DNA from: Bacteroidota bacterium
Lineage (GTDB): Bacteria; Bacteroidota; Ignavibacteria; Kapaibacteriales; UBA2268
Assembly: GCA_029974985.1 (NCBI GenBank)
Contig: JARKQC010000227.1
Span: 1,460-65,459, forward strand
Reading direction: 5' to 3'
DNA length: 64,000 bases
Part shown: positions 50,267 through 60,069 of the stretch, piece by piece
How positions within the stretch are numbered: position 1 is the stretch's first letter
Layout of the letters: the number at the start of each line of letters is the position of its first letter
Notes under the pieces: generated by a model
What the model saw: the letters and a program-made list of their open reading frames with translations, nothing else
Database searches by the model: none
Told to the model about the DNA's origin: nothing
Program-made: the position numbers and the translations under genes

Positions 50267-50449
50267 TTAGAAAATTGATTTAATAACCAATGTCATTAAT
50301 TCATCTACAATAAAAGTAAATAAAGTGATAATGCCTGTTACAACGATTACCACCACAGTTGATTCCTTTAATTGCTCTTTCGAAGGCCAAGAAACTTTTT
50401 TCATTTCTGAGACAACTTCGTTAGAAAATTTTTTTATTTTTGCAACCAT
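50267..50449 (-). CDS. secE: Preprotein translocase subunit SecE
   Basis: 60-aa ORF. EMKKVSWPSKEQL followed by a single TM helix, in the conserved position before nusG. Confidence 0.85.
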   Translation of the reverse strand: MVAKIKKFSNEVVSEMKKVSWPSKEQLKESTVVVIVVTGIITLFTFIVDELMTLVIKSIF

Positions 50450-50510
50450 GACCGTTCTATTTATTTTTTAAAAAATGTATCAATAAAAAAAATCCTGATA
50501 CTATTTCAAG

Positions 50511-50583
50511 CACGAGTGGCAGGACTCGAACCCGCAACCAATGGTTTTGGAGACCACTACTCTACCAATTGAGCTACACTCGT
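50511..50583 (-). tRNA. tRNA-Trp (anticodon CCA)
   Basis: Manual cloverleaf: ACGAGTG/CACTCGT acceptor stem, anticodon stem GTGGT/ACCAT with loop CTCCAAA, T-loop TTCGAGT. No encoded CCA end. Confidence 0.9.
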
Positions 50584-50603
50584 ATAAAACATTTTTCAAA
50601 ACG

Positions 50604-50676
<73 letters not shown>

Positions 50677-50775
50677 ATTGCATTTGTTGTGATATTTTGC
50701 TATAAAAAAGCTATAAGCACAATCAAAAATCATTTGATTATGCAAAAAACATACAAATGCTGATTGACTCATCAG

Positions 50776-50848
50776 AGCGGGAGACGAGACTCGAACCCGC
50801 AACCCTCAGCTTGGAAGGCTGATGCTCTACCAATTGAGCTACTCCCGC
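50776..50848 (-). tRNA. tRNA-Gly (anticodon TCC)
   Basis: Manual cloverleaf: GCGGGAG/CTCCCGC acceptor stem, anticodon stem TCAGC/GCTGA with loop CTTCCAA, T-loop TTCGAGT. Confidence 0.9.
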
Positions 50849-50875
50849 ATTGATTGTCAAAGTCCTTATTTTATG

Positions 50876-50958
50876 TGGGCAGAGAAGGATTCGAACCTCC
50901 GTAGGGAATTCCCAGCAGATTTACAGTCTGCCCCGTTTGGCCGCTTCGGTATCTGCCC
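50876..50958 (-). tRNA. tRNA-Tyr (anticodon GTA), long variable arm
   Basis: GGGCAGA/TCTGCCC acceptor stem, anticodon stem GCAGA/TCTGC with loop CTGTAAA, variable arm TGGGAATTCCCTAC. Closely parallels the bacterial tRNA-Tyr consensus. Confidence 0.9.
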
Positions 50959-51101
50959 ATCAAAAGAGCTTACAAAAGTAATACATTTATAATTAAGAAC
51001 AAAATTATTTTTCCATTTTTTACATTTTTTTTATTATTTTTTAAAAATATTTTTATTTAATCAAAAATATTTAATGTTTATTATAAATTTTAAAAAAACT
51101 T

Positions 51102-51980
51102 TTAAGATTCAAAAGGCTCGATATGAACTAATACACCTCTTATATTTGGTATTTCTTTTATTAAAGTATGCTTTAAATTTCGAGCTATATTATGCCCTTC
51201 TTCTACTGTAAGCTGTGCTTTTACTTCTGCATGCAAATCTACGTAGTACCACATTCCAGATTTACGGACAAAACATTTTTCTGTTGCTTTTATTCCTTCT
51301 ACAGTAGTTGCAATTTCTCTAATTTTATCAATCATATCATTATACATATCCTCGTCCATAATTTCACCAAGAGCGGGACGAAATATTAGATAACTATTAT
51401 ATAATATTACAAACGAAGCAAATAATGCCGCCCAATCATCTGCATTTTCATAACCTTTACCAAATATTAATGCAATCGTTATTCCTATAAATGCCGCTAA
51501 TGAGGTAAGAGCGTCGCTTCGGTGGTGCCAAGCGTCTGCTTTAAGCGAAGTACTATGAGTTTTTTTGCTTCTTGATAAAATTATTCTATAAAAAATTTCT
51601 TTTGATAGAATAATAATTCCTAAAACTATCAATGTAAATGGTTCGGGCAATTTGTGTGGTGTTTGTATATTATTGATACTTTGAATTGCAATTATTGACG
51701 CCGCTACAATCAAAAATCCAACAGCTATAAATGTTACCAATGGTTCAGCCTTACCATGTCCATAAGGATGATTTTCGTCTGGTGGTTTATTGGAATATTT
51801 TATACCAAAAAGTACAATTATAGACGATACGACATCTCCACTCGACTCTATAGCATCGGCTATTAAGGCAAATGAATTACCTAATACGCCCGTAATTCCC
51901 TTTATTAATGCTAATGCAAGGTTGCCAAATATACTTATAAGGCTTGCCTTTGTTGCTATTCTTTCGTTGTTTTCTATCAT
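51102..51980 (-). CDS. Cation diffusion facilitator (CDF) family metal efflux transporter
   Basis: 292-aa ORF with six TM segments. Metal-site motifs ALIADAIESSGD and HHRSDALTS. C-terminal cytoplasmic domain. Confidence 0.9.
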   Translation of the reverse strand: MIENNERIATKASLISIFGNLALALIKGITGVLGNSFALIADAIESSGDVVSSIIVLFGIKYSNKPPDENHPYGHGKAEPLVTFIAVGFLIVAASIIAIQSINNIQTPHKLPEPFTLIVLGIIILSKEIFYRIILSRSKKTHSTSLKADAWHHRSDALTSLAAFIGITIALIFGKGYENADDWAALFASFVILYNSYLIFRPALGEIMDEDMYNDMIDKIREIATTVEGIKATEKCFVRKSGMWYYVDLHAEVKAQLTVEEGHNIARNLKHTLIKEIPNIRGVLVHIEPFES

Positions 51981-52002
51981 TTAAAAAATTATTTTAAAAA
52001 AA

Positions 52003-53163
52003 TTAAAACTGCATTCTAATAGTAAATATTATACCAGAATTTTTGAATGTATATTCTTCGAGATTAGAATCATTGTTAAAATACTTAAATTCCAAAATAC
52101 TTGTTAATTTATCAAATATTCCATAATATTCAAAAATAACATAATTTAATAAAATACTAAAATCATTTAAAAAATCTTTCCGATTTATATTTTTTGAATA
52201 ATTTTCATTTATTAAATAATTACTATATAAAAATTCTCTTATATGATAATTATTTACAATATTAAGTTTAAAATTTTCAAACAATCTACAATTTATTCCA
52301 AACAATATTGATTTTTCCTCAAAATTTGAATTATTATTAAAAAAATCATCTAATGAATATAAATCCGTAATGCCCGTAGCAAAATAAAATCCATTTTTAT
52401 TCAAATGTATATTCGAATATGCGGCTAATTCAAATATTATATCTTCGCTAATTGGTTGATTTATATCTATTTTAAAGCTAATTATTCTATTATTATTTGA
52501 ATTTGCTATAAAATTAGAAAGTATTTCTGATGGATTTTGATTTTCAAATCTTTTATATTTTAAATTGCCATTTTCATTGTTGTAAAAATATTTAGATTTT
52601 AATCCAAGTTCAAGAATAAGATTTGTTTCAAAATCGAATGTTTTATCAATAGATAGCTTTATATTATTTGTAAAATTTGATAATTCAGAATAATTTGAAA
52701 AAATTGACAATTCGGGAGTATATTTTAGTGAAATTATACCATAATCTGAATACAATATATTTTCAAAATCAAAATTTATTTCTCCGAAATTAAATAAGCG
52801 ATTATTTATAGAATTATTTTTTAATTTAGCCAAAGCACCAAAATTAATTTCAAAATATTCATAATTAAAAGGTTTATATAAAAAATTACTATTTATTCGA
52901 TGAATATTATAATTATATTCGGGACTTGATAAAATATTTGTCAAATTGCCATTATAAGAAATTGAGAAGTTTGATTTTTCGGATTTATAATTCAAGTTGA
53001 CATGATTAATCTGATAAATAGATTCTTTTTGATTATTTACTGTAAATGGATTTGTATCAAAAGCAATCGCAAAATTATAAAATGCCGAAATTTGAGATTT
53101 AGATTCTATATTGCTAAAAAATATTATTAATAATATTATTGATATATTTACAAAATTTTTCAC
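52003..53163 (-). CDS. Hypothetical Asn-rich outer-membrane beta-barrel-like protein
   Basis: 386-aa ORF with signal peptide, alternating aromatic/polar beta pattern and a C-terminal Phe (..TIRMQF). No family recognised. Confidence 0.45.
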   Translation of the reverse strand: MKNFVNISIILLIIFFSNIESKSQISAFYNFAIAFDTNPFTVNNQKESIYQINHVNLNYKSEKSNFSISYNGNLTNILSSPEYNYNIHRINSNFLYKPFNYEYFEINFGALAKLKNNSINNRLFNFGEINFDFENILYSDYGIISLKYTPELSIFSNYSELSNFTNNIKLSIDKTFDFETNLILELGLKSKYFYNNENGNLKYKRFENQNPSEILSNFIANSNNNRIISFKIDINQPISEDIIFELAAYSNIHLNKNGFYFATGITDLYSLDDFFNNNSNFEEKSILFGINCRLFENFKLNIVNNYHIREFLYSNYLINENYSKNINRKDFLNDFSILLNYVIFEYYGIFDKLTSILEFKYFNNDSNLEEYTFKNSGIIFTIRMQF

Positions 53164-53420
53164 TATACTTTTTTTCTTTTTTCACTTAAATATTAAATAA
53201 AAATGGATAATTACATTTTTTATTTCAAAACTAATGGAATAAGCATAAAATATTATATTTTTGTAGAAAGTGAAATATTTAAGTACAAAAATGATTGCAG
53301 AGATTATTTTTAATTGCTGTATTATATATCATTTTTACTTAAATTTATATGTGTTTAATTGTTATTAGATATTTTTTTAAACTCGATAAATATTATTATA
53401 AATAAACTATTTAAATTATT

Positions 53421-56204
53421 ATGAAAAACTCAAAATACAACTTAAGCTTTTTTATTACTTGCATAATATTTAGTATTGCTTTTGTAAACTTAAATGCTAA
53501 AAAGCCTTTTACTCACGACGATGCTATGAAATTCAAATCTATTAGGTCAACGATAGTTACTAATAATGGTAAATGGGTCGCATATACAAGTTTCCCAGAT
53601 AGAGGTGATGGTGAGCTTACTGTTATTTCACCAAATGATACAAATAAAATTATTATTCCGCGCGGGGATAGACCTCAATTTACAAATGATGGTTTTTGGC
53701 TTGCCGCATATATCAATCCAAAAATGATTGATTTTGAAAATGCAAAATCACCAAAAGATAAGCCAAAATCTGGTATGGCATTACTAAGAAATTCAACTGG
53801 CAATATTGTTGAGTTTGAAAATATTAAGAAATTTCAATTTAGTAATGATTCTAAATGGCTTTTATATCAAAAAAATAATGATGATAATATTAAATCTGAT
53901 AATATGAAAATGAAAAATATTGGTTCGGAATTTACTATTCGTCATTTGCTTTCGGGAACTGAAATTAAAGTACCTTTTGTTAGTGAGTTTTTAATTGATA
54001 GTGCATCAACGGTATTATTTTATACTATATCAAGTCCAGATGGAAAACGCGATGGCGTTTATTGGAGGAATTTAAAAGAAGAATTTATTCCAGAATCTTC
54101 TATAAATACTGTTGATAATAATGCTTATTCTGGGCTTGCTTGGAATACTAATAGAAAAATTCTTGCTTATATTTCTACAAGTCTCCGAAAAGACGGTCGC
54201 ACGGATAACGGCTCGATTTTACTATGGAATTTTAATGACCCCGGATTAACACAATTTGCAGTTACCTCACAATCTGTAAAATCTGGCTATTATATTCCGA
54301 GCATAAATACTACAAAATGGACTGAAGATGGGCAAAAATTATTTTTTGGAATAAAACCAATAAATGAAAAAGATACTGCCGATATTGAGGATATTAAATT
54401 TACAGAAAGCAATTTTTATAATCAAGATACAATATTATATAATGCCGATGATTATATTTGGCATTGGAACGACAATAGAATTTCGACAAATCAAAGAAAT
54501 TGGTGGGATAAAAATAAAAATAGAACTTTTGCCGCGGTTTATGATGTTGATACAAAAATATATTTCCAACTTGCTGATGAAAACATTCAAGATGTTAGAT
54601 ATAGTGATAATTCTCAAACAACTATTGGATATGACGATACTCCATATTTAAGAACTTCTACTTGGGGCGGATTTTATACTGATTTATATGTTTTTGATTT
54701 AAATAATGGACATAAAAAGAAAATTGCGGATTCACTTATTGAAGCGGCAAGCCTATCCCCTCTCGGCAAATATGTTGTTTTCTTTAAAGATAAAAATTGG
54801 TGGGTATATGATGCAATTAAAGATACAACCGCAATGCTTACAAGCAAATTAAAAATTCCATTTTATGATGTTGATAATGATATTCCTTTCGAACCGGGTA
54901 GTTATGGTGTAGCTGGTTGGTTCGAAGGAGATAGATCCGTTCTTATTAATGAAAAATATGATATTTATAGATTTTCACCGAGCGAACCGGGTTCTTTTTT
55001 GAATCAAACAGCAACTGTTGGTAGAAAATTTGGTATTCAGTTTAGAATTAAAAATTTAAATCCAGATAAAAAGTTTTTTAACGAAAGAGACACTTTATAT
55101 ATGCACGGCTATAACGAGCGTAGCAAATCAACAAATATGTATTTATTAGAAACTCATATTATGGGTGGAATAAATATTACGACTGAATCTGGAGTAGGAT
55201 TTAAAGACTATAAAAACTATTTTATTGTTGCTAAGCCTAAATATGCAGATTTATTAATATACTCAAAGGAAAGTTTTGACGAATTCCCAGACTTATGGAT
55301 TGGTAATATTTTTATGGATAGCTCTCATAGGATAAGTGATGTAAATCCACAAATGAAAGATTTTATATGGGGAACAACTGAACAAGTTCGTTGGAAACCT
55401 CCCGTTGGTGATACTCTCGATGGTTATTTAATAAAACCAGATAATTTCAATCCAAATAAAAAATATCCCGTACTTGTATATTTTTATGAAAAATTTTCTG
55501 AACAAACTTATAGATTTTATCAACCAAGGATAAATCACAGACCGCTTTATCAAGTATATCTCGGCGAAGGATATTTAGTATTCGTACCCGACATAGTGTA
55601 TAGAGCAGGTCGCCCTGGTACTGATGCAACGGAAGCTATCACTTCTGGTGTTCAAACATTAATTGATAGAGGAATTGCAGACCCAAGCAAAATTTGTATT
55701 CAAGGGCATTCGTGGGGTGCTTACCAAACTGCATATATTATTACTCAAACTGATATGTTTGCTGCCGCTTCCGCAGGCGCACCTGTTGGAAATATGACTA
55801 GTGCATATTCTCAAATTAGAACTGAATCTGGATTAGCAAGACAATTCCAATACGAGCATTACCAAAGCCGTATAGGAGGTAATCTATGGGATTCATTGGA
55901 TAGTTATATGCGAAATTCACCCGTATTTCAAGCACAAAAAACAAAAACACCTTTATTAATTTTACACGGTGATAATGACGAAGCTGTGCCATTTGCACAA
56001 GGGGTAGAATTATTTTTAGCAATGCGCAGATTAAGTAAAAATTGTGTTCTCGTTGAATATAAGAACGAACCTCACCATCCAAGAAAGTACGAAAATAAAC
56101 TTGATTGGGCAGTAAAAATGAAAGAATGGTTCGATCACTATGTTTTAGGAAAACCAGCTCCAAAATGGATTACTGAAGGTAGAGTATATATGGGAAATAA
56201 ATAA
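53421..56204 (+). CDS. S9 family serine peptidase (prolyl oligopeptidase/dipeptidyl-peptidase-like) with N-terminal beta-propeller
   Basis: 927-aa ORF with signal peptide. Catalytic triad contexts GHSWGAY, HGDNDEAV and EPHHP. Confidence 0.88.
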   Translation: MKNSKYNLSFFITCIIFSIAFVNLNAKKPFTHDDAMKFKSIRSTIVTNNGKWVAYTSFPDRGDGELTVISPNDTNKIIIPRGDRPQFTNDGFWLAAYINPKMIDFENAKSPKDKPKSGMALLRNSTGNIVEFENIKKFQFSNDSKWLLYQKNNDDNIKSDNMKMKNIGSEFTIRHLLSGTEIKVPFVSEFLIDSASTVLFYTISSPDGKRDGVYWRNLKEEFIPESSINTVDNNAYSGLAWNTNRKILAYISTSLRKDGRTDNGSILLWNFNDPGLTQFAVTSQSVKSGYYIPSINTTKWTEDGQKLFFGIKPINEKDTADIEDIKFTESNFYNQDTILYNADDYIWHWNDNRISTNQRNWWDKNKNRTFAAVYDVDTKIYFQLADENIQDVRYSDNSQTTIGYDDTPYLRTSTWGGFYTDLYVFDLNNGHKKKIADSLIEAASLSPLGKYVVFFKDKNWWVYDAIKDTTAMLTSKLKIPFYDVDNDIPFEPGSYGVAGWFEGDRSVLINEKYDIYRFSPSEPGSFLNQTATVGRKFGIQFRIKNLNPDKKFFNERDTLYMHGYNERSKSTNMYLLETHIMGGINITTESGVGFKDYKNYFIVAKPKYADLLIYSKESFDEFPDLWIGNIFMDSSHRISDVNPQMKDFIWGTTEQVRWKPPVGDTLDGYLIKPDNFNPNKKYPVLVYFYEKFSEQTYRFYQPRINHRPLYQVYLGEGYLVFVPDIVYRAGRPGTDATEAITSGVQTLIDRGIADPSKICIQGHSWGAYQTAYIITQTDMFAAASAGAPVGNMTSAYSQIRTESGLARQFQYEHYQSRIGGNLWDSLDSYMRNSPVFQAQKTKTPLLILHGDNDEAVPFAQGVELFLAMRRLSKNCVLVEYKNEPHHPRKYENKLDWAVKMKEWFDHYVLGKPAPKWITEGRVYMGNK

Positions 56205-56207
56205 AAA

Positions 56208-56696
56208 ATGCTCGATGCAAAATATTGGATTGATAGATTAGGCTTAAAAAAGCATCCAGAAGGTGGTTTTTTTGCAGAGACTTATCGCTCTAATGATAAA
56301 ATTTCAGCGGAATGTCTTGATAAAAGTTATAATTCAGAAAGAAATGTTTCAACTGCAATATATTTTTTAATTACTAAAGATAATCCATCAAAATTCCATA
56401 GATTGAAATCTGATGAAATTTGGTATTATCATTATGGTGGCTCAATAGAAATACATATTATTGATGAAAATTTTAATTTGATTAGCAAAAAATTAGGTGT
56501 TAATCAAAACGAAGAGCCACAACAAGTAATTCCAAAGAATAATTGGTTCGCGGCTGAAATTAGCTCTGGCGATTATGTATTAATCTCCTGCTCAGTCGCG
56601 CCGGGATTTGATTTTGCAGATTTTGAACTTGCAGATAAGGAAAATTTGCTTAATACATTTATATTTCATAAAGATATTATAAATAAATTAACATAA
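56208..56696 (+). CDS. Cupin (DUF985) family protein
   Basis: 162-aa ORF with typical L.KHPEGGFFAETYRS N-terminus and FHRLKSDEIWYYH. Confidence 0.8.
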   Translation: MLDAKYWIDRLGLKKHPEGGFFAETYRSNDKISAECLDKSYNSERNVSTAIYFLITKDNPSKFHRLKSDEIWYYHYGGSIEIHIIDENFNLISKKLGVNQNEEPQQVIPKNNWFAAEISSGDYVLISCSVAPGFDFADFELADKENLLNTFIFHKDIINKLT

Positions 56697-56715
56697 TAAT
56701 ATATAGGTAAAAAAT

Positions 56716-57846
56716 ATGAAATTCAATATTATTCCAATTAATGATAAGTCGGGCGTAAAAAGATTTATCAAATCTCAATGGAATTTTTATCGTGGTGATA
56801 AAAATTTCGCTCCACCCTTGGTTTATGATAGAATGAAATTGCTTGATATTAATAAAAATCCATTTTTCAAACATTCAGAAATTCAAATGTGGATTGCTGA
56901 ATCTAATGGCGAAGTCGTTGGGCGAATTGCGGCAATTACAAATGAAAATCATAATATTACTCATAATGATAAAGTTGGATTTTTCGGTTTTTTTGAATGT
57001 ATTAATAATGAAGAACTTGCTTGCGAACTTCTAAACACTGCTTCAAATTGGCTCAAATCGAAGGGTAAAAATGTAATGCGTGGTCCCGTAAACCCATCGT
57101 TAAATGATGAATGCGCTATGCTTATTGATGGATTTGACGAGCCAGCAAGGATTTTGATGCCTTACAACCCAAAATATTATCCATTACTTATGAATAAATG
57201 CGGTATGGAAAAGGCAAAAGATTTGTATGCCTATAAATTAGAAAACAAAAATTATATTTCTGAAAAAATGAATCGCTTGCAAAATATTATCCGAACAAGA
57301 TATAAAGTTACGATTAGGGAAATTGATTTTAAAAACAAAATACAATTTAAAAAAGATGTCCAGACATTAAAGGATATTTATAATGAGGCTTGGGAATTAA
57401 ATTGGGGTTTTGTGAAAATGACTGATGAGGAATTTGATTTTTTAGCGGCAGACCTTAAACCAATTGCAAATCCAAAAGTTGCTTTTATTGTCGAAGTTGA
57501 CGGCAAACCTGCTGGATTTCATCTTGGATTGCCCGATTTTAATCAAGTTTTAATTCATAATAAAAATGGCGGTATGATTGGTGCTTTATGGAATATGATG
57601 ACAAAGAAAAAAGAAATAAGCATTATGAGAATAATTGTTCTTGGAATGTTGCCCCAATACAGAGGAACGGGAATTGATGCAGTCGTTTATTATGAGTCTG
57701 GTAAACGCGCTCACGAGCTTGGTATGGATATTGGCGAGGCATCTTGGATTTTAGAAGATAATGAGATGATGAATAGAGGGCTTACAACTACTATGCTCGG
57801 AAAAATTTATAAGAAGTATCGCATTTATGATAGAGATATCGTTTGA
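56716..57846 (+). CDS. GNAT-like N-acetyltransferase family protein
   Basis: 376-aa ORF. Pattern NPFFKHSE..VGRIAAI..GFFGFFEC and the C-terminal acetyl-CoA-type motif LPQYRGTGIDA are, from memory, typical of a conserved uncharacterised acyltransferase family. Confidence 0.6.
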   Translation: MKFNIIPINDKSGVKRFIKSQWNFYRGDKNFAPPLVYDRMKLLDINKNPFFKHSEIQMWIAESNGEVVGRIAAITNENHNITHNDKVGFFGFFECINNEELACELLNTASNWLKSKGKNVMRGPVNPSLNDECAMLIDGFDEPARILMPYNPKYYPLLMNKCGMEKAKDLYAYKLENKNYISEKMNRLQNIIRTRYKVTIREIDFKNKIQFKKDVQTLKDIYNEAWELNWGFVKMTDEEFDFLAADLKPIANPKVAFIVEVDGKPAGFHLGLPDFNQVLIHNKNGGMIGALWNMMTKKKEISIMRIIVLGMLPQYRGTGIDAVVYYESGKRAHELGMDIGEASWILEDNEMMNRGLTTTMLGKIYKKYRIYDRDIV

Positions 57847-57873
57847 TTAATTTGTAATTTAAAATTTAATTTT

Positions 57874-57908
57874 AATCCTAATTTCACAATTGGAATTAGG
57901 ATTTTTTT
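57874..57908 (+). terminator. Rho-independent terminator after the GNAT-like gene
   Basis: AATCCTAATT...AATTAGGATT 10-bp stem followed by TTTTTTT. Confidence 0.7.
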
Positions 57909-57979
57909 GTTATAAAATTAAGTGAATAAATATTTTTTTTCGTCTTAAATTTGATATATAATTCATTAAATTATCCGCA

Positions 57980-59863
57980 ATGGTAAAAGAAAAATTACAT
58001 AATTATCCAAATGATGAGTTTAAAGAAAAAGTTCTGAATCTGCCCACTGGGCCGGGTATTTATATGTATTTTAATGCTCATTCAAAAATAATTTATGTAG
58101 GAAAAGCAAAAAATTTAAGAAATCGAGTAAAATCATATTTTCAACGAGGAAAACAACACGACGCTAAAACAAAAATATTAATTACTCATATTCATAGTTT
58201 TGAATACATAATTGTTGATTCCGAAAGTGAGGCTTTCTTACTCGAAGATAATTTAATAAAAGAGCACAAACCCAAATACAATATTCTTTTAAAAGATGAT
58301 AAATCATATCCATATATACGAGTTACAAAAGAGTCATATCCTCGAATATTTCCTACCCGTACAATAGTTAGAGATGGCTCTAAATATTTTGGTCCATATA
58401 CAGACGGTAAACAAGTAAAAAATATAATGAGAATAATAAGAAATCTTTTTCTTGTTAGAACCTGTGATTTTTTGATTACTCTCGATACAATTGCTCAAAA
58501 AAAACATAAAATTTGCTTAGATTATCATCTAAAAAAATGCGATGCACCTTGCGAAGGTTTAATTTCTATTAAGGAATACAACAATAATATCAAACAAGCC
58601 GAACAAATTTTGCAAGGTAAAACTCGGGATATGGAGCGAATTTTAGAGGAGCAAATGAATGAATTTGCAGTAAATCTCGAGTTTGAAAAAGCGGCAATAA
58701 TTAGAAATAGATATATTTTATTAAAAGATTATTCTGCTCATCAAAAAATGGTTTCTAGCGAAGTTGTTGATAGAGATGTGTTTGGAATTGCAAAAATTGA
58801 TGATACTGCCTGCTCGCTAGTATTAAAAATTAGAGAAGGAAAACTAATTGGAAAAAGGCATTATATTATTAAAAATGCAAGTGAATTATTAGATAGTGAG
58901 ATTATTCAGAGAACAATAGAAAAATGGTATATAGAAAGTGATTTTGTTCCCTCAGAAATTTTATTAGCAAATATGCCGGAAGATATTGAATACATTAGTG
59001 ATTGGCTTGGTAAATTGCGAGGTAAATCTATTGATTTTCAAGTTCCAAAAATTGGTGATAAACGAAAAATTATTGAACTTGCAAACTCAAACGCAGAATT
59101 TGCAATCAAAGAATATAATCTTGCTATGGAAAAACGTGATCAAATCGTCCCACGCCCCGTTTTATCGTTACAAAGAGATTTGAGACTTCCTAAAACTCCG
59201 CGAATTATCGAATGCTTTGATAATTCACATTTGCAAGGCACTGATTTAGTATCATCATTAGTATATTTCGAAGATGGTATGCCAAAAAAATCAGAATATC
59301 GCAAATTTAAAAATCAAACTGTTCTTCATAATGATGATTTTGCGGCTATGCGAGAGGTTATCGAAAGGCGATATTCAAGATTGATTGAAGAAAATAAAAC
59401 TTTGCCCGACTTAATCATCGTTGATGGCGGAAAAGGGCAATTATCAAGTGCTGTAGAAATTTTACAAAATTTAGGTATTTATAACAAAGTAAGTATAATT
59501 GGCTTAGCAAAAAGACTCGAAGAAGTTTTCTTACCAGATAAAAGCGAAGCGATTCAATTACCAAGAACTTCGAGCAGTTTAAAATTAATTCAGAAAATTA
59601 GAGATGAGGCACATAGATTTGCAATTACTTATCATAGGCAGTTAAGGTCTAAACGCACTTTAAAATCAAGTTTGTCAGAAATAAAAGGAATTGGAAAAGT
59701 CTCGTCTGAAAATCTATTGCGTGAGTTCGGTTCTATCGAAAATATAAAAAATGCAAGCGATGAGGATTTAACAAAAATTCTAAATAAAAATCAATTAAAT
59801 TCATTAAAAAAATATTTTGAAAATATCGAAATAATCGAAAAAATCACAAGTTTAGAAGAATAA
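57980..59863 (+). CDS. uvrC: Excinuclease ABC subunit C
   Basis: 627-aa ORF. GIY-YIG (GIYMYFNAHSKIIYVGKAKNLRNRVKSY), UVR domain, endonuclease V-like region and C-terminal (HhH)2. Confidence 0.95.
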   Translation: MVKEKLHNYPNDEFKEKVLNLPTGPGIYMYFNAHSKIIYVGKAKNLRNRVKSYFQRGKQHDAKTKILITHIHSFEYIIVDSESEAFLLEDNLIKEHKPKYNILLKDDKSYPYIRVTKESYPRIFPTRTIVRDGSKYFGPYTDGKQVKNIMRIIRNLFLVRTCDFLITLDTIAQKKHKICLDYHLKKCDAPCEGLISIKEYNNNIKQAEQILQGKTRDMERILEEQMNEFAVNLEFEKAAIIRNRYILLKDYSAHQKMVSSEVVDRDVFGIAKIDDTACSLVLKIREGKLIGKRHYIIKNASELLDSEIIQRTIEKWYIESDFVPSEILLANMPEDIEYISDWLGKLRGKSIDFQVPKIGDKRKIIELANSNAEFAIKEYNLAMEKRDQIVPRPVLSLQRDLRLPKTPRIIECFDNSHLQGTDLVSSLVYFEDGMPKKSEYRKFKNQTVLHNDDFAAMREVIERRYSRLIEENKTLPDLIIVDGGKGQLSSAVEILQNLGIYNKVSIIGLAKRLEEVFLPDKSEAIQLPRTSSSLKLIQKIRDEAHRFAITYHRQLRSKRTLKSSLSEIKGIGKVSSENLLREFGSIENIKNASDEDLTKILNKNQLNSLKKYFENIEIIEKITSLEE

Positions 59864-59918
59864 ATTCAAATTTTATATTCGAGAATATATTTATTAATTT
59901 GTACGATTAAAATGATTA

Positions 59919-60008
59919 TCATTCTGAGCTTTTTCAGATTTGATGTCCAACATTTTTGGAAGTGTTGGACATCTTACTTATACAGATTTTTCACTGCGTT
60001 CAGAATGA
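59919..60008. repeat. Module E outer stem (TCATTCTGA ... TCAGAATGA) enclosing a module D hairpin
   Basis: 9-bp long-range inverted repeat (59919-59927 with 60000-60008) read directly. Confidence 0.5.
59942..59973. repeat. Palindromic module D: GATGTCCAACA-10 nt-TGTTGGACATC
   Basis: 11-bp perfect stem with the same arms as the 21536 and 21662 copies. Confidence 0.75.
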
Positions 60009-60020
60009 CAAAAAGGAAAC

Positions 60021-60040
60021 GACAAGCAAGATTCTTGTTC
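60021..60040. repeat. Module C variant: GACAAGCAAGATTCTTGTTC
   Basis: ACAAG...CTTGT stem. The left half gacaagcaaga is identical to the 21623 copy. The right arm is changed yet still self-complementary. Confidence 0.5.
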
Positions 60041-60069
60041 ACCTTATGAAATTTAATAAACAAAATAAA

